A DNA stretch of 64,000 bases from Actinomycetota bacterium. Its GTDB lineage: Bacteria; Actinomycetota; Actinomycetes; Nanopelagicales; Nanopelagicaceae. Both the position numbers and the translations under genes were made by a program. The stretch is from assembly GCA_009701185.1 (NCBI GenBank), contig WLKQ01000002.1, positions 17,979 to 81,978 on the forward strand. The letters run 5' to 3'. This document shows positions 1 to 9,264 of this stretch, one piece after another; the first letter of the stretch is position 1; each line of letters starts with the position of its first letter. A model generated the notes under the pieces. The model was not told the DNA's origin. It worked only from the letters and a program-made list of their open reading frames with translations, and ran no database searches.

Positions 1-1
1 A

Positions 2-103
2 ATGACCGATGGCTCGCTGTGTGCCATGGGTGGTTTAACGCCAATGCCGGTAAAGAGCGCGATGGTAAATTTCCCATCGGATTTCTTAGGAGCCACGAAA
101 TGA
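2..103 (+). CDS. fdsB: 3' end of NAD-dependent formate dehydrogenase beta (NuoF-like) subunit, truncated by window edge
   Basis: Frame 2 reads MTDGSLCAMGGLTPMPVKSAMVNFPSDF..., the typical FdsB/NuoF C-terminus; its TGA overlaps the next ATG (ATGA at 100-103). Not in ORF track. Confidence 0.8.
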   Translation: MTDGSLCAMGGLTPMPVKSAMVNFPSDFLGATK

Positions 104-3093
104 CCATGGTATTTGAGCCTGATTTTGGTACTCCGGCCAGTGAAAAAACCCAACTGGTCACCTTAGAAATCGACGGCAATGCCATTACGGTTCCCGCCGA
201 TACGTCGATTATGCGTGCAGCACTTGTTGCTGGAATCGATATTCCAAAGCTGTGTTCCACTGATCGCCTTAAAGCTTTTGGCTCATGCCGTTTGTGTGTG
301 ATTCAAGTAGATGGTCGAAATGGCACACCGTCATCATGTACAACTCCTGTGGCAGATGGCATGAAAGTTTCAACGCAATCAGAGAAGCTTGATCGTATTC
401 GCAGAGGCGTTATGGAGCTGTATTTATCTGATCATCCAGCTGAGTGCGCAACAGGGGATGAGTGTGAAGTTCATGGAGTCGCAAAAAAGATTGGAATCAC
501 GACAAGTCGCTATGCACAAGGTCAGACACACTTAGAGTTAAAGAAAGATGAGTCAAATCCTTACTTCACATTTGATTCAACCGAGTGCATTGTTTGTAAT
601 CGATGTGTTCGTGCGTGCGATGAAGTTCAGGGAACTTTCGCACTAACGATCGAGAATCGGGGATTCGAAGCACGGGTTTCATCTTCAGGTACATCATTTA
701 TTGAGAGCGAATGCGTTTCATGTGGTGCTTGTGTTCAAGCATGTCCTACAGGAGCTTTAACTGAAAAAACTTTACTGACTATAGGTGCACCTACCTCTTC
801 AGTTATTACCACGTGTGCTTACTGCGGAGTTGGTTGTTCATTTAAAGCTGAGATGCGTGGAGACCAGTTAGTGCGCATGGTGCCATTAAAAGATGGTGGT
901 GCTAATGAGGGACATTCATGCGTTAAGGGCCGCTTTGCTTATGGTTATGCAACACATAGCGACCGAATAACTAAGCCCATGATTCGCAATTCAATCACGG
1001 ACCCATGGAAAGAAGTTTCTTGGGCAGAGGCAATCTCTTTTGCTGCCGATGGACTCAAGAGGATACAAGCAGAATCAGGGAGAAATGCGATTGGTGGCAT
1101 TACATCTTCTCGTTGCACTAACGAAGAAGTCTACGTAGTCCAGAAGATGGTTCGAGCGGCCTTTGCTAATAACAACGTCGATACATGTGCGCGCGTGTGC
1201 CATTCACCCACCGGGTATGGCTTAGGGCAGACTTTTGGAACCTCTGCTGGAACTCAAGACTTTGAATCTGTAGAACACAGCGATGTCATTATGTTAATTG
1301 GCGCTAATCCAACATCTGCCCACCCAGTTTTTGCATCTCGAATGAAGCAGGCTATTCGTAAAGGTGCACAACTCATTGTTATTGATCCTCGTGTGATTGC
1401 ACTAGTAAGGACTCCAGGAGTAGTTGCCGCCCATCACCTGCAGCTAATGCCAGGTACAAATGTTGCAGTGATTAACGCTTTAGCCCACGTTATTGTCACT
1501 GAGGGCTTAGTTAAGCGCGATTTCGTGGATGCTCGCTGTGAAGAGAAATCCTTTAAGGACTGGGAAGCATTTATTTCATTGCCAGAGAACTCACCTGAAG
1601 CTCTAGAAGAATCATCGCGTGTACCGGCGCAGGAGATTCGCAAAGCAGCTCGTTTATTTGCTTCGGTCCCTAACGCTTCAATTTATTACGGCCTCGGAGT
1701 AACTGAACATAGCCAAGGTTCAACAATGGTGATGGGAATTGCAAACTTGGCAATGGTGACCGGAAATATTGGCCGTAAAGGCGTAGGAGTAAATCCGCTG
1801 CGCGGTCAAAATAACGTACAAGGCTCTTGTGACATGGGTTCTTTCCCACATGAGTTGCCAGGCTATCGACACATTTCAAACCCCGATACTCGCAAGATTT
1901 ATAACGATATGTGGGGCGTTACCTTAGATTCTGAACCAGGAATGCGTATTCCAAATATGTTTGATTCAGCCCTTGCTGGTGAATATCGTGGACTCTACGT
2001 GCAAGGTGAAGATATTGCGCAATCAGATCCAAATACTTCACATGTACATGCAGCCTTACGGGCCATGGATATGGTTATTGTGCAGGATTTGTTCCTCAAT
2101 GAGACTTCAAAGTTTGCTCATGTTTTCTTACCCGGAACTTCGTTTCTAGAAAAAGATGGCACGTTTACCAATGCTGAGCGACGCATCAACCGTGTGCGCC
2201 CAGTAATGAAATCTCCAACCGGTAAAAGTGAATTTGAAGTTACCTGTGATTTGGCTACAGCGATGGGATACCCCATGTCCTATGACAATGGCGCGCAAAT
2301 TATGGATGAGATCGCAGCGACAACCCCAACTTTTTCTGGTGTTTCCTTTAAGAAGCTCGATGAACTGGGCAGTGTGCAGTGGCCATGTAATGATGCAAAT
2401 CCAGAAGGCACCCCCATGATGCATACCGAGACTTTCATGCGTGGTTTAGGTCAATTTATGCGCACGCCGTACGTTGCTACTGACGAAAAAGCCAATCGTA
2501 AGTTCCCACTGCTTTTGACTACAGGCCGCGTTTTAAGTCAGTACAACGTAGGCGCACAAACACGACGTACGGCCAACAATATTTGGCACACCGAAGATAT
2601 TTTAGATCTGCATGAGTCAGATGCCCAGATGCGTGGAATCGCCGATGGCTCCTGGGTCAAACTTTCAAGCCGTGTTGGCGAAACAATTATGCGTGCTCGA
2701 ATTACTGATGAAGTCCCAGCAGGTGTTGTGTACACAACTTTCCACTTCCCTGAAAGTGGCGCGAACGTTATTACAACCGATTTTTCAGATTGGGCAACTA
2801 ACTGTCCTGAATACAAAGTAACTGCGGTTGAGATTGCGCCGAGCGCCAAGGGACCAGGTGCCATGGTTGAAACGCACATCGAAGGTGATACGCAGTTGGA
2901 TTCGATTGTTCGAATGGCAAATCAAATTGCCGCCAACATTCCGGCAAGTGATGCTCCTGAAATCAAAGTTGCACATCACATAGTTCAATTTTGGACTAAG
3001 TCCATGATTGAACGCTTACACAAGGATGTGGATAGATCTCAACTCTCACCAATTGTAATTAAGGCGATGGACGTTCTTTTAGTTACGCAATAA
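100..3093 (+). CDS. fdhF: Formate dehydrogenase alpha subunit (molybdopterin, Cys-ligated) with C-terminal FdsD-like domain
   Basis: N-terminal 2Fe-2S and 4Fe-4S Cys motifs, CAYCGVGC, CARVCH active site, LRGQNNVQG. Start moved to ATG 100 (AGGAG RBS, ATGA overlap). Confidence 0.93.
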   Translation: MTMVFEPDFGTPASEKTQLVTLEIDGNAITVPADTSIMRAALVAGIDIPKLCSTDRLKAFGSCRLCVIQVDGRNGTPSSCTTPVADGMKVSTQSEKLDRIRRGVMELYLSDHPAECATGDECEVHGVAKKIGITTSRYAQGQTHLELKKDESNPYFTFDSTECIVCNRCVRACDEVQGTFALTIENRGFEARVSSSGTSFIESECVSCGACVQACPTGALTEKTLLTIGAPTSSVITTCAYCGVGCSFKAEMRGDQLVRMVPLKDGGANEGHSCVKGRFAYGYATHSDRITKPMIRNSITDPWKEVSWAEAISFAADGLKRIQAESGRNAIGGITSSRCTNEEVYVVQKMVRAAFANNNVDTCARVCHSPTGYGLGQTFGTSAGTQDFESVEHSDVIMLIGANPTSAHPVFASRMKQAIRKGAQLIVIDPRVIALVRTPGVVAAHHLQLMPGTNVAVINALAHVIVTEGLVKRDFVDARCEEKSFKDWEAFISLPENSPEALEESSRVPAQEIRKAARLFASVPNASIYYGLGVTEHSQGSTMVMGIANLAMVTGNIGRKGVGVNPLRGQNNVQGSCDMGSFPHELPGYRHISNPDTRKIYNDMWGVTLDSEPGMRIPNMFDSALAGEYRGLYVQGEDIAQSDPNTSHVHAALRAMDMVIVQDLFLNETSKFAHVFLPGTSFLEKDGTFTNAERRINRVRPVMKSPTGKSEFEVTCDLATAMGYPMSYDNGAQIMDEIAATTPTFSGVSFKKLDELGSVQWPCNDANPEGTPMMHTETFMRGLGQFMRTPYVATDEKANRKFPLLLTTGRVLSQYNVGAQTRRTANNIWHTEDILDLHESDAQMRGIADGSWVKLSSRVGETIMRARITDEVPAGVVYTTFHFPESGANVITTDFSDWATNCPEYKVTAVEIAPSAKGPGAMVETHIEGDTQLDSIVRMANQIAANIPASDAPEIKVAHHIVQFWTKSMIERLHKDVDRSQLSPIVIKAMDVLLVTQ

Positions 3094-3663
3094 AGCCAGT
3101 ACCTGCGAACTTAATTGCCCATAGCCGACATTCTCAATTTCTAGCGGTAATCCAATTTCTTGTGCTGCTTGATGGGCTAAAACTTTCAGCTCATCTGTCG
3201 GTTGTTGAGCTAACCAGATGACTCGTGAGTAATTCTTAAAATAATCATCACGAAGTTCAGGTCTTTTATCTAGCCCAAGCTCAACAATGACGCTACGGTG
3301 GAAAGATTTAATTAGGAAATCGGTCAGAAAGTACGTTCCTGCATCCGATTCCATCAACTCTTCTATTTTCGATGTGCCGGCAAAGATGTCATAGCAGTGA
3401 TTTCCGCCTAAGCGCTTGACGTCATGGGCTTTAATGACCGAATCAAGTGCGCCATATGTTCCACAATCAGCGTAGGCAACGGCACAGTTCGTGTGTTTAA
3501 CTTTTATCTCAGTCAGTAGAGCATCGACTTCGCCAGCGATTTTCTCAGGTCGGTTGTGCAATAAAGGCGGGAGTGGATAAATGACGGCATCGATAGCGTT
3601 TTCGGTGACAATGTCAGCGATATGGGTCGCTAGTGCGCCACACGCCACTATGCCAATACTCAT
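3079..3663 (-). CDS. DUF1638-like protein associated with corrinoid reactivation
   Basis: IVACGAL, LHNRPEKI, YADCGT, HCYD, YFLTDFL motifs; coupled to the ASKHA gene. Confidence 0.75.
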   Translation of the reverse strand: MSIGIVACGALATHIADIVTENAIDAVIYPLPPLLHNRPEKIAGEVDALLTEIKVKHTNCAVAYADCGTYGALDSVIKAHDVKRLGGNHCYDIFAGTSKIEELMESDAGTYFLTDFLIKSFHRSVIVELGLDKRPELRDDYFKNYSRVIWLAQQPTDELKVLAHQAAQEIGLPLEIENVGYGQLSSQVLALLRN

Positions 3664-5468
3664 GCTGGAAAAGCTAAGCGATCCACAAATTTGTCGTTGA
3701 AATCGGTTCGATCAGAGAGTTCAACGTAATCAATCTCTTCAAGAAGCGCGTTAGCACCATGTCGCTCTTGGGCAGATAGCAAAACCATTTTGGCACCTTC
3801 ACCGGCAACGTTTCCGGCAGACATAATGCGCATAACGGGTAACTTTGGAACAAGACCGATTTTGATTGCCGATGCAGGGGATAAGTAGGATCCAAAAGAA
3901 CCAGCAAGAAGTACTTGTTGAACATCAGACTCTGCAACACCAAACTCTTCAAGAAGTAATGCCCAACCCGTAGCTATTGCAGCTTTAGCAAATTGGAGTT
4001 CACGAACATCTCGCTGAGTTAAAAAGACACAATCACTTAAGTCACCAACTTCTTTGCTCCACGTGAGAACAAATACTCGCTCACCTTCACGCTCTAATAA
4101 GCGATCAGCCAGCGTCGGTGCAACTTCACGTGCAATCTCATCGGTAACAAAGCGTCCAGAGTTATCAAGTAAGCCAACACCAACCAGTGATGCACAAGCA
4201 TCGACTAGGCCAGAGCCACAAATTCCAACTGCTGGCGCATCATCAATTGTTCCAATAATTAATTGACCATCGCTAATTTTAATTGTTTCAATGGCACCCG
4301 ATGCTGCCCGAACACCACATTTAATACTCGCAGCTTCAAAGGCAGGACCAGCCGGAGCTGCGGTTGCCAAAATCTTTTCACCATCACCCAAAACGATTTC
4401 GCAGTTAGTACCAACATCAATAAATAATCGCAGGCGTTTATCGCGATCCATTCCAGAGGCTAAAGCTCCAGCAATAATGTCTCCACCCACATAGGCACCG
4501 AGGGAGGGCAGAATTACTGCCTTAGCTCGTGGGTGTATCGAGATGCCAATTTCAGCTGCGCTTACATCAGGGAAATCAGCAGACGACATAATGAAGGGTG
4601 CAACGCCTAACGCTTCAGGATCGATACCTAGGAGTAAGTGATTCATCGTTGCATTACCTGCGATTGCGATTTCATAGACGTGAAGTGGGTCAATTCCAGC
4701 CTCAATACAGACTTCTTGAGTCAATTGATTCAGAGTCTGCTGCGCAAGTGAGCTCAGTTTCTCAAGCGCGGCAGGATCGAGCATGGTTGCACTGATACGG
4801 GTAATTACATCGGCACCGAATGGTTGCTGCTTATTGAGCATCGATTTAACCGCTAAGGGTGTTCCAGTATTTAAATCCAGCAACGTTGCAACAACTGTAG
4901 TTGTTCCTAAGTCGTAAGCGATTCCATAACGAAACCCGGTGGTGTCACCCGGTTCAATATCGATAAATTCCTGATCAACAAAGACTGCAGTAACTTTAAA
5001 GTTAGCGGCGCGCATAATTTTTGGCACATTGCGCATGGCTGCAAGTGAAGCCGTACCCTCGATGTCATCGATTGCATCAAATAAACGAACGATATCGGTG
5101 CGTTGATCGTGCAACGTTGGCTCTTCTAGTTCTACATAGCGCTTTTGAACTGCAGGTCTTAAAATTACTTGACGCCCAACACCAACTGTTGCTGCCTTTG
5201 GACGGGTGGTTAACGGTGGAACATCGATAGAGATATCGGTGCTAGTACGAACTAGACATGCAAGGCGCCATCCTTGTTTGATCTCAGTCTCTGTAAAGGC
5301 TCTAAAATCTAATTTTGATGGTTCAACATCGCCATTAGTAATTTTTACTCGACACTTCTTGCATGTTCCGTAACCACCGCATGTTGAATCAATGGCGATT
5401 CCATTCCATGACGCTGCATCAAAAGCGCTGACACCAGTTGGAACTGTAATTGTTTTTTCAGATGCCAC
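3660..5468 (-). CDS. Reductive activator of corrinoid proteins (2Fe-2S + ASKHA ATPase; RACo/RamA-like)
   Basis: CGGYGTCKKC 2Fe-2S, DLGTTT, DVGTN, APAGPAFE, GICGSG, LAGSFG. The open frame extends upstream to about 5570. Confidence 0.88.
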   Translation of the reverse strand: MASEKTITVPTGVSAFDAASWNGIAIDSTCGGYGTCKKCRVKITNGDVEPSKLDFRAFTETEIKQGWRLACLVRTSTDISIDVPPLTTRPKAATVGVGRQVILRPAVQKRYVELEEPTLHDQRTDIVRLFDAIDDIEGTASLAAMRNVPKIMRAANFKVTAVFVDQEFIDIEPGDTTGFRYGIAYDLGTTTVVATLLDLNTGTPLAVKSMLNKQQPFGADVITRISATMLDPAALEKLSSLAQQTLNQLTQEVCIEAGIDPLHVYEIAIAGNATMNHLLLGIDPEALGVAPFIMSSADFPDVSAAEIGISIHPRAKAVILPSLGAYVGGDIIAGALASGMDRDKRLRLFIDVGTNCEIVLGDGEKILATAAPAGPAFEAASIKCGVRAASGAIETIKISDGQLIIGTIDDAPAVGICGSGLVDACASLVGVGLLDNSGRFVTDEIAREVAPTLADRLLEREGERVFVLTWSKEVGDLSDCVFLTQRDVRELQFAKAAIATGWALLLEEFGVAESDVQQVLLAGSFGSYLSPASAIKIGLVPKLPVMRIMSAGNVAGEGAKMVLLSAQERHGANALLEEIDYVELSDRTDFNDKFVDRLAFPA

Positions 5469-5566
5469 AGAGTTATCTTTTTCTAAGGATCTAAAGGCAA
5501 GCTTGATGCGCCCAGTACCATCGTGTTGAGGTACTAGGGACGGATCAAGCTCTTTTTTGCTAATTT

Positions 5567-6442
5567 TTATGCACCAGTACCTTCCGCAGCTTTTGAAGCT
5601 TCAAGTGCTCTAAAACGTGTGATCCAGTTGGAACCCCATGGATCTAATCCCAACAATAAATCTGCAGCTCGAACTGATTCGACGATTAATGGAGTACGTG
5701 CATCCATCACCGCACTGGTCAGACCATGTGACATCGCAGCGGGCAAAAATGCAGCATTGAGTGCATGGCGATAAGGCAGACCGAAGGAGATATTTGAAGC
5801 TCCCAATGTCATATTCAGGCCCCATTTTTCGCGGATTAAATAGATAGTTTCCAATGTAATTTTTACGGCCTCAGGGTCAGCTCCGACAGTCATCGCAAGT
5901 GGATCAATCACTAAATCCTCAAGTGGGATTCCATGTTTTTCTACTGCACGAACAATCTTCTCAGTAATGATCATTCGCTCTGCCGCAGTTGCAGGAATAC
6001 CTGTCTCATCATTGGGTAGCGCGATGATGGCAGCGCCATGCTTTTTAATAAGAGGTAGAACTAACTCCATGCGATCATCTTCGCCAGTAACACTATTTAC
6101 AAGTGCCTTGCCTTGATAAGTTTCAAGGCCCACCTGCAGTGCTTCAATAATTGACGAGTCAATGCAGATTGGAATATCGGAGATGCTTTGAATCAACGTA
6201 ATCGCTTTGCCTAAAAGTGCTGGCTCATCGGTTAGAGGGACTCCCATGTTGACATCCAACACATTGGCTCCACCAGCAATTTGGTCAGCTACATCTTTTT
6301 CGATGGCAGATAAATCACCTTCGCGCAGCTGCATCTGAAACTTCTTACGCCCTGTAGGGTTAATACGCTCTCCAATAATACAAAATGGCTGATCATGACC
6401 GATTGTTACGGTCTGTCCAGGTGAAGTGAGAACTGTATGCAT
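5567..6442 (-). CDS. Methyltetrahydrofolate:corrinoid methyltransferase (pterin-binding, AcsE/MetH-domain-like)
   Basis: IIGERINPTG, LDVNMG, IDSS, VNSVTGE, GASNISFGLP. Confidence 0.88.
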   Translation of the reverse strand: MHTVLTSPGQTVTIGHDQPFCIIGERINPTGRKKFQMQLREGDLSAIEKDVADQIAGGANVLDVNMGVPLTDEPALLGKAITLIQSISDIPICIDSSIIEALQVGLETYQGKALVNSVTGEDDRMELVLPLIKKHGAAIIALPNDETGIPATAAERMIITEKIVRAVEKHGIPLEDLVIDPLAMTVGADPEAVKITLETIYLIREKWGLNMTLGASNISFGLPYRHALNAAFLPAAMSHGLTSAVMDARTPLIVESVRAADLLLGLDPWGSNWITRFRALEASKAAEGTGA

Positions 6443-6446
6443 TGTG

Positions 6447-7349
6447 TTACCCCTGTCGTTTCGGTGTTCTGCCTAAGTCGCTCATAAAAGTATCAAGCGT
6501 TTCATCGTGTCTAAAATCTGTTACATGCAGACCACGTACACCAGGAAGACTCAGTGCGTGCTGTGCCAGCTCTAGAGTTAACTTATTGACCTCAACACTG
6601 GGATCACTCGCGTTTTGTACCCGCGACAAAGTGTCCGCAGGAACGTCGATGCCGGGAACTTTATCATTCATGAAGGCCAAACCTCTGGCGCCTTTCATCA
6701 AGACCACCGTTGGAATAAGTTTGAGATCAGGAGCTACTTGAGCAACACCTTTGCAAAAGGCCTCTAATCGATCAGGGTGATAGCAAATCTGTAGTTGTAA
6801 GAACTGTGCGCCAGCACGGTGCTTCTTCAGCGCGCGTTGAATTCGATAATCAAATGGGGGAGCTGCAGCATTTTCAACCGCACCGATATAGAAATCAGGG
6901 GCTGGATTAATTTTTCGGCCCGATAAATACGTACCGGAGGCCATAATTCTGGCGATATTGATGGCTTGTGCGCTATCGATATCAAAGACTCGGCGAGCCT
7001 CTGGTTCATCACCTGCAGTTACATCATCTCCGGTCAACAAAGAGATGTTTGAAATCCCATGTAATGAAGCACCCATCATGTCAGATTGAATTGCGAGCCG
7101 ATTTTTATCACGGCAGACTATTTGCATAATTGGTTCTAAGCCATGCATCTTCATAGCTATCGCTGTTGTTGTGTTTGAAGCATGCGCGTGTGCGGCAGGA
7201 TTATCAGTTGCATTGACCGCATCAAACCAGGGCGCCAACCGTGCCACATTTTTAACAACTGATTCCATTCCACCGCCATCAATTGATGGAAATTCAGCGG
7301 TAAATACAAGCTCAGATGTATTCTCTAACTTCTCGCGCAAAACTGACAT
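6447..7349 (-). CDS. metF: Methylenetetrahydrofolate reductase
   Basis: TDNP, CRDKNRLAIQSD, LTGD, GAQFLQ motifs of MTHFR. Confidence 0.85.
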   Translation of the reverse strand: MSVLREKLENTSELVFTAEFPSIDGGGMESVVKNVARLAPWFDAVNATDNPAAHAHASNTTTAIAMKMHGLEPIMQIVCRDKNRLAIQSDMMGASLHGISNISLLTGDDVTAGDEPEARRVFDIDSAQAINIARIMASGTYLSGRKINPAPDFYIGAVENAAAPPFDYRIQRALKKHRAGAQFLQLQICYHPDRLEAFCKGVAQVAPDLKLIPTVVLMKGARGLAFMNDKVPGIDVPADTLSRVQNASDPSVEVNKLTLELAQHALSLPGVRGLHVTDFRHDETLDTFMSDLGRTPKRQG

Positions 7350-7723
7350 TAGTGTTCACCTACAGTCCAACCAGCAGGAACTTGCTGATCGCGTTTAGTG
7401 ACCAAATTTATCCAGGAAGATGTTCCTTGAAGTTGCATATCTACAGGTGGACGCAGTTCGTTGTAATGCTCTTTCCACACTTTAGGTAAGGGCAATGAAA
7501 CAGTTCGATCATATGCTTTCACCCAGATACATTGCATTTCAGGTTTTACTTCGCAGTTTCCATCTTCACGCACGCCACCGCATGGGCCATTGCGCAAAGT
7601 CTTAGGACATGTCATGGGACAGGTCATGCCTGTCGAGTGCAGTACACATTGCCCACACATACGGCAATCCCAGACAGGTTTCTTTAGCGCATGTTCAACG
7701 ATGGGCAGAAGTTTCTTCAACAT
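7349..7723 (-). CDS. MTHFR C-terminal-domain/MetV-like Cys-rich protein
   Basis: CRMCGQC, CPMTCPK-LRNGPCGG, CEV..C.W; adjacent to metF. Confidence 0.82.
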   Translation of the reverse strand: MLKKLLPIVEHALKKPVWDCRMCGQCVLHSTGMTCPMTCPKTLRNGPCGGVREDGNCEVKPEMQCIWVKAYDRTVSLPLPKVWKEHYNELRPPVDMQLQGTSSWINLVTKRDQQVPAGWTVGEH

Positions 7724-7731
7724 GTTAGAAC

Positions 7732-8397
7732 TTAGGCAGAAACCGATGCACGTTTTTTAGAAATCAGATCCTTGGCAATTCGTACAGCCGTAGATGCATC
7801 TGCGGCAAAGCCATCGGCGCCAACAACATCGGCATATTCTTGAGTCACTGGAGCACCACCGACCATGATGATCACTTGATCGCGAAGACCAGCCTTAGTG
7901 ATTTCGTGAATATTGACTTTAAACATTGGCATAGTTGTAGTTAAGAACGCTGACATTCCGACGATGTCTGGCTTGTGTTCAATAATTGCTGCAACGAATT
8001 TTTCTGGTGCAACTTGAACACCTAGATCAATGACGTTAAAACCAGCGCCTTCGAGCATGATATTTACTAGGTTTTTGCCAATATCGTGCACATCGCCCTT
8101 AACTGTTCCCATCAAGAAAGTTCCAACAGTTTCAGCTCCAGTCTCAGCCAACATTGGGCGGAGCACATTGAGCGCACCTGACATAGCTTTACCAGAGATA
8201 AGCATTTCAGGAACAAAGAAATCTCCGCGCTCAAATCGTGCGCCTACTTCTTCTAGCGCAGGAATCAATGCATCAAAGAGAATCGTGCTTGGCGTCATTC
8301 CTTCGGCGATGCCCTGATTGGTTAGCTCAAGAACTGCAGGAGCATTTCCAACTAAAGTCTCGTCAAAGAGAGCCTTGATGATGTCGTCATGAGTCAT
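7732..8397 (-). CDS. Corrinoid (B12-binding) methyl-carrier protein, MttC/MtgC-like
   Basis: FVPEML cap domain; DVHDIGKNLV (DxHxxG) cobalamin motif; VGGAP. Confidence 0.92.
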   Translation of the reverse strand: MTHDDIIKALFDETLVGNAPAVLELTNQGIAEGMTPSTILFDALIPALEEVGARFERGDFFVPEMLISGKAMSGALNVLRPMLAETGAETVGTFLMGTVKGDVHDIGKNLVNIMLEGAGFNVIDLGVQVAPEKFVAAIIEHKPDIVGMSAFLTTTMPMFKVNIHEITKAGLRDQVIIMVGGAPVTQEYADVVGADGFAADASTAVRIAKDLISKKRASVSA

Positions 8398-9155
8398 GCT
8401 GCACCTATCTTTCCGTCATTGTTTTTCTGGTTTAAGTGGATCTCTTCGATGATGGTTTCACCGATTTTTGCTAAATCTTTTGGAGTCAATCGTGGTGATG
8501 GGCCTGAAATAGAAATCGCTCCTACGACGCGACCATCGTTCTCGCGGATAGGAGCTGCAACTGCAACTAAACCATCCTCAAGTTCATCAATAATAATTGC
8601 GTAACCTTTTTTACGTACAACTTCTAGTTCGGCAAGTAGTCGTGTTCTAGAGGTTATGGTCTTTGACGAGATTTTTTCAAGACGCCCCATCGGAATCGTT
8701 GCAACGCCGTAGGCCAACAAGATTTTGCCAAGGGCGGAGGCGTGATAGGGGATGTGTCTGCCAACCCAATTTGTCGCACCCAATAGATAGTGACCATCAA
8801 CTTGATCTATTAGCTTCATCTCACTATTGCTGGAGACTGCAAGGTTGGCGGTTTCACCAGTGAGGTGAGCCAATTTCTCTAAAACAGAATGCATGCGTGC
8901 GACCAAAACTGAATCATGATTTTGCGAGCGCGCAAAGGTAGATAAAACATCTCCAGCAATATATGCACCGTTTCGATCACGGCGAATTAATCCTTGGCGC
9001 TCTAGTGCACTGAGCATTCGAGACGTTGTGCTTTTTGGAATTTCATGAGTGCGAGATAACTCCGATAAAGCCGGAGGTGTTGCAGATTCGAGAATGTCTA
9101 TGAGCAGCGCGCTGGCACGATCAATTGCTTGAGTGCCATTAACTACGGTGCTCAT
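8394..9155 (-). CDS. IclR-family transcriptional regulator
   Basis: HTH (IPKSTTSRML), HASALGK, AVAAPI, ISISGP. Start moved to ATG 9155 after GAGGAG. Confidence 0.9.
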   Translation of the reverse strand: MSTVVNGTQAIDRASALLIDILESATPPALSELSRTHEIPKSTTSRMLSALERQGLIRRDRNGAYIAGDVLSTFARSQNHDSVLVARMHSVLEKLAHLTGETANLAVSSNSEMKLIDQVDGHYLLGATNWVGRHIPYHASALGKILLAYGVATIPMGRLEKISSKTITSRTRLLAELEVVRKKGYAIIIDELEDGLVAVAAPIRENDGRVVGAISISGPSPRLTPKDLAKIGETIIEEIHLNQKNNDGKIGAA

Positions 9156-9181
9156 CAGCTGCTCCTCGTGCTCTGCAGAGT

Positions 9182-9198
9182 GTTCCATAATATGGAAC
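9182..9198. promoter_or_regulatory. Palindromic operator GTTCCATA-A-TATGGAAC, probable IclR site
   Basis: Perfect 8-1-8 inverted repeat between the divergent iclR and mttB-family genes. Confidence 0.7.
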
Positions 9199-9264
9199 CA
9201 CTGTTCCACTATCTAAGGGTATTCTCGTATGTGTCCAGTGGTCAATAGGCGCAAGGAGTGTCAT

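Noticed and set aside
100-3093. Selenocysteine formate dehydrogenase
   Set aside because: Active site is Cys (CARVCH) and there is no in-frame TGA.
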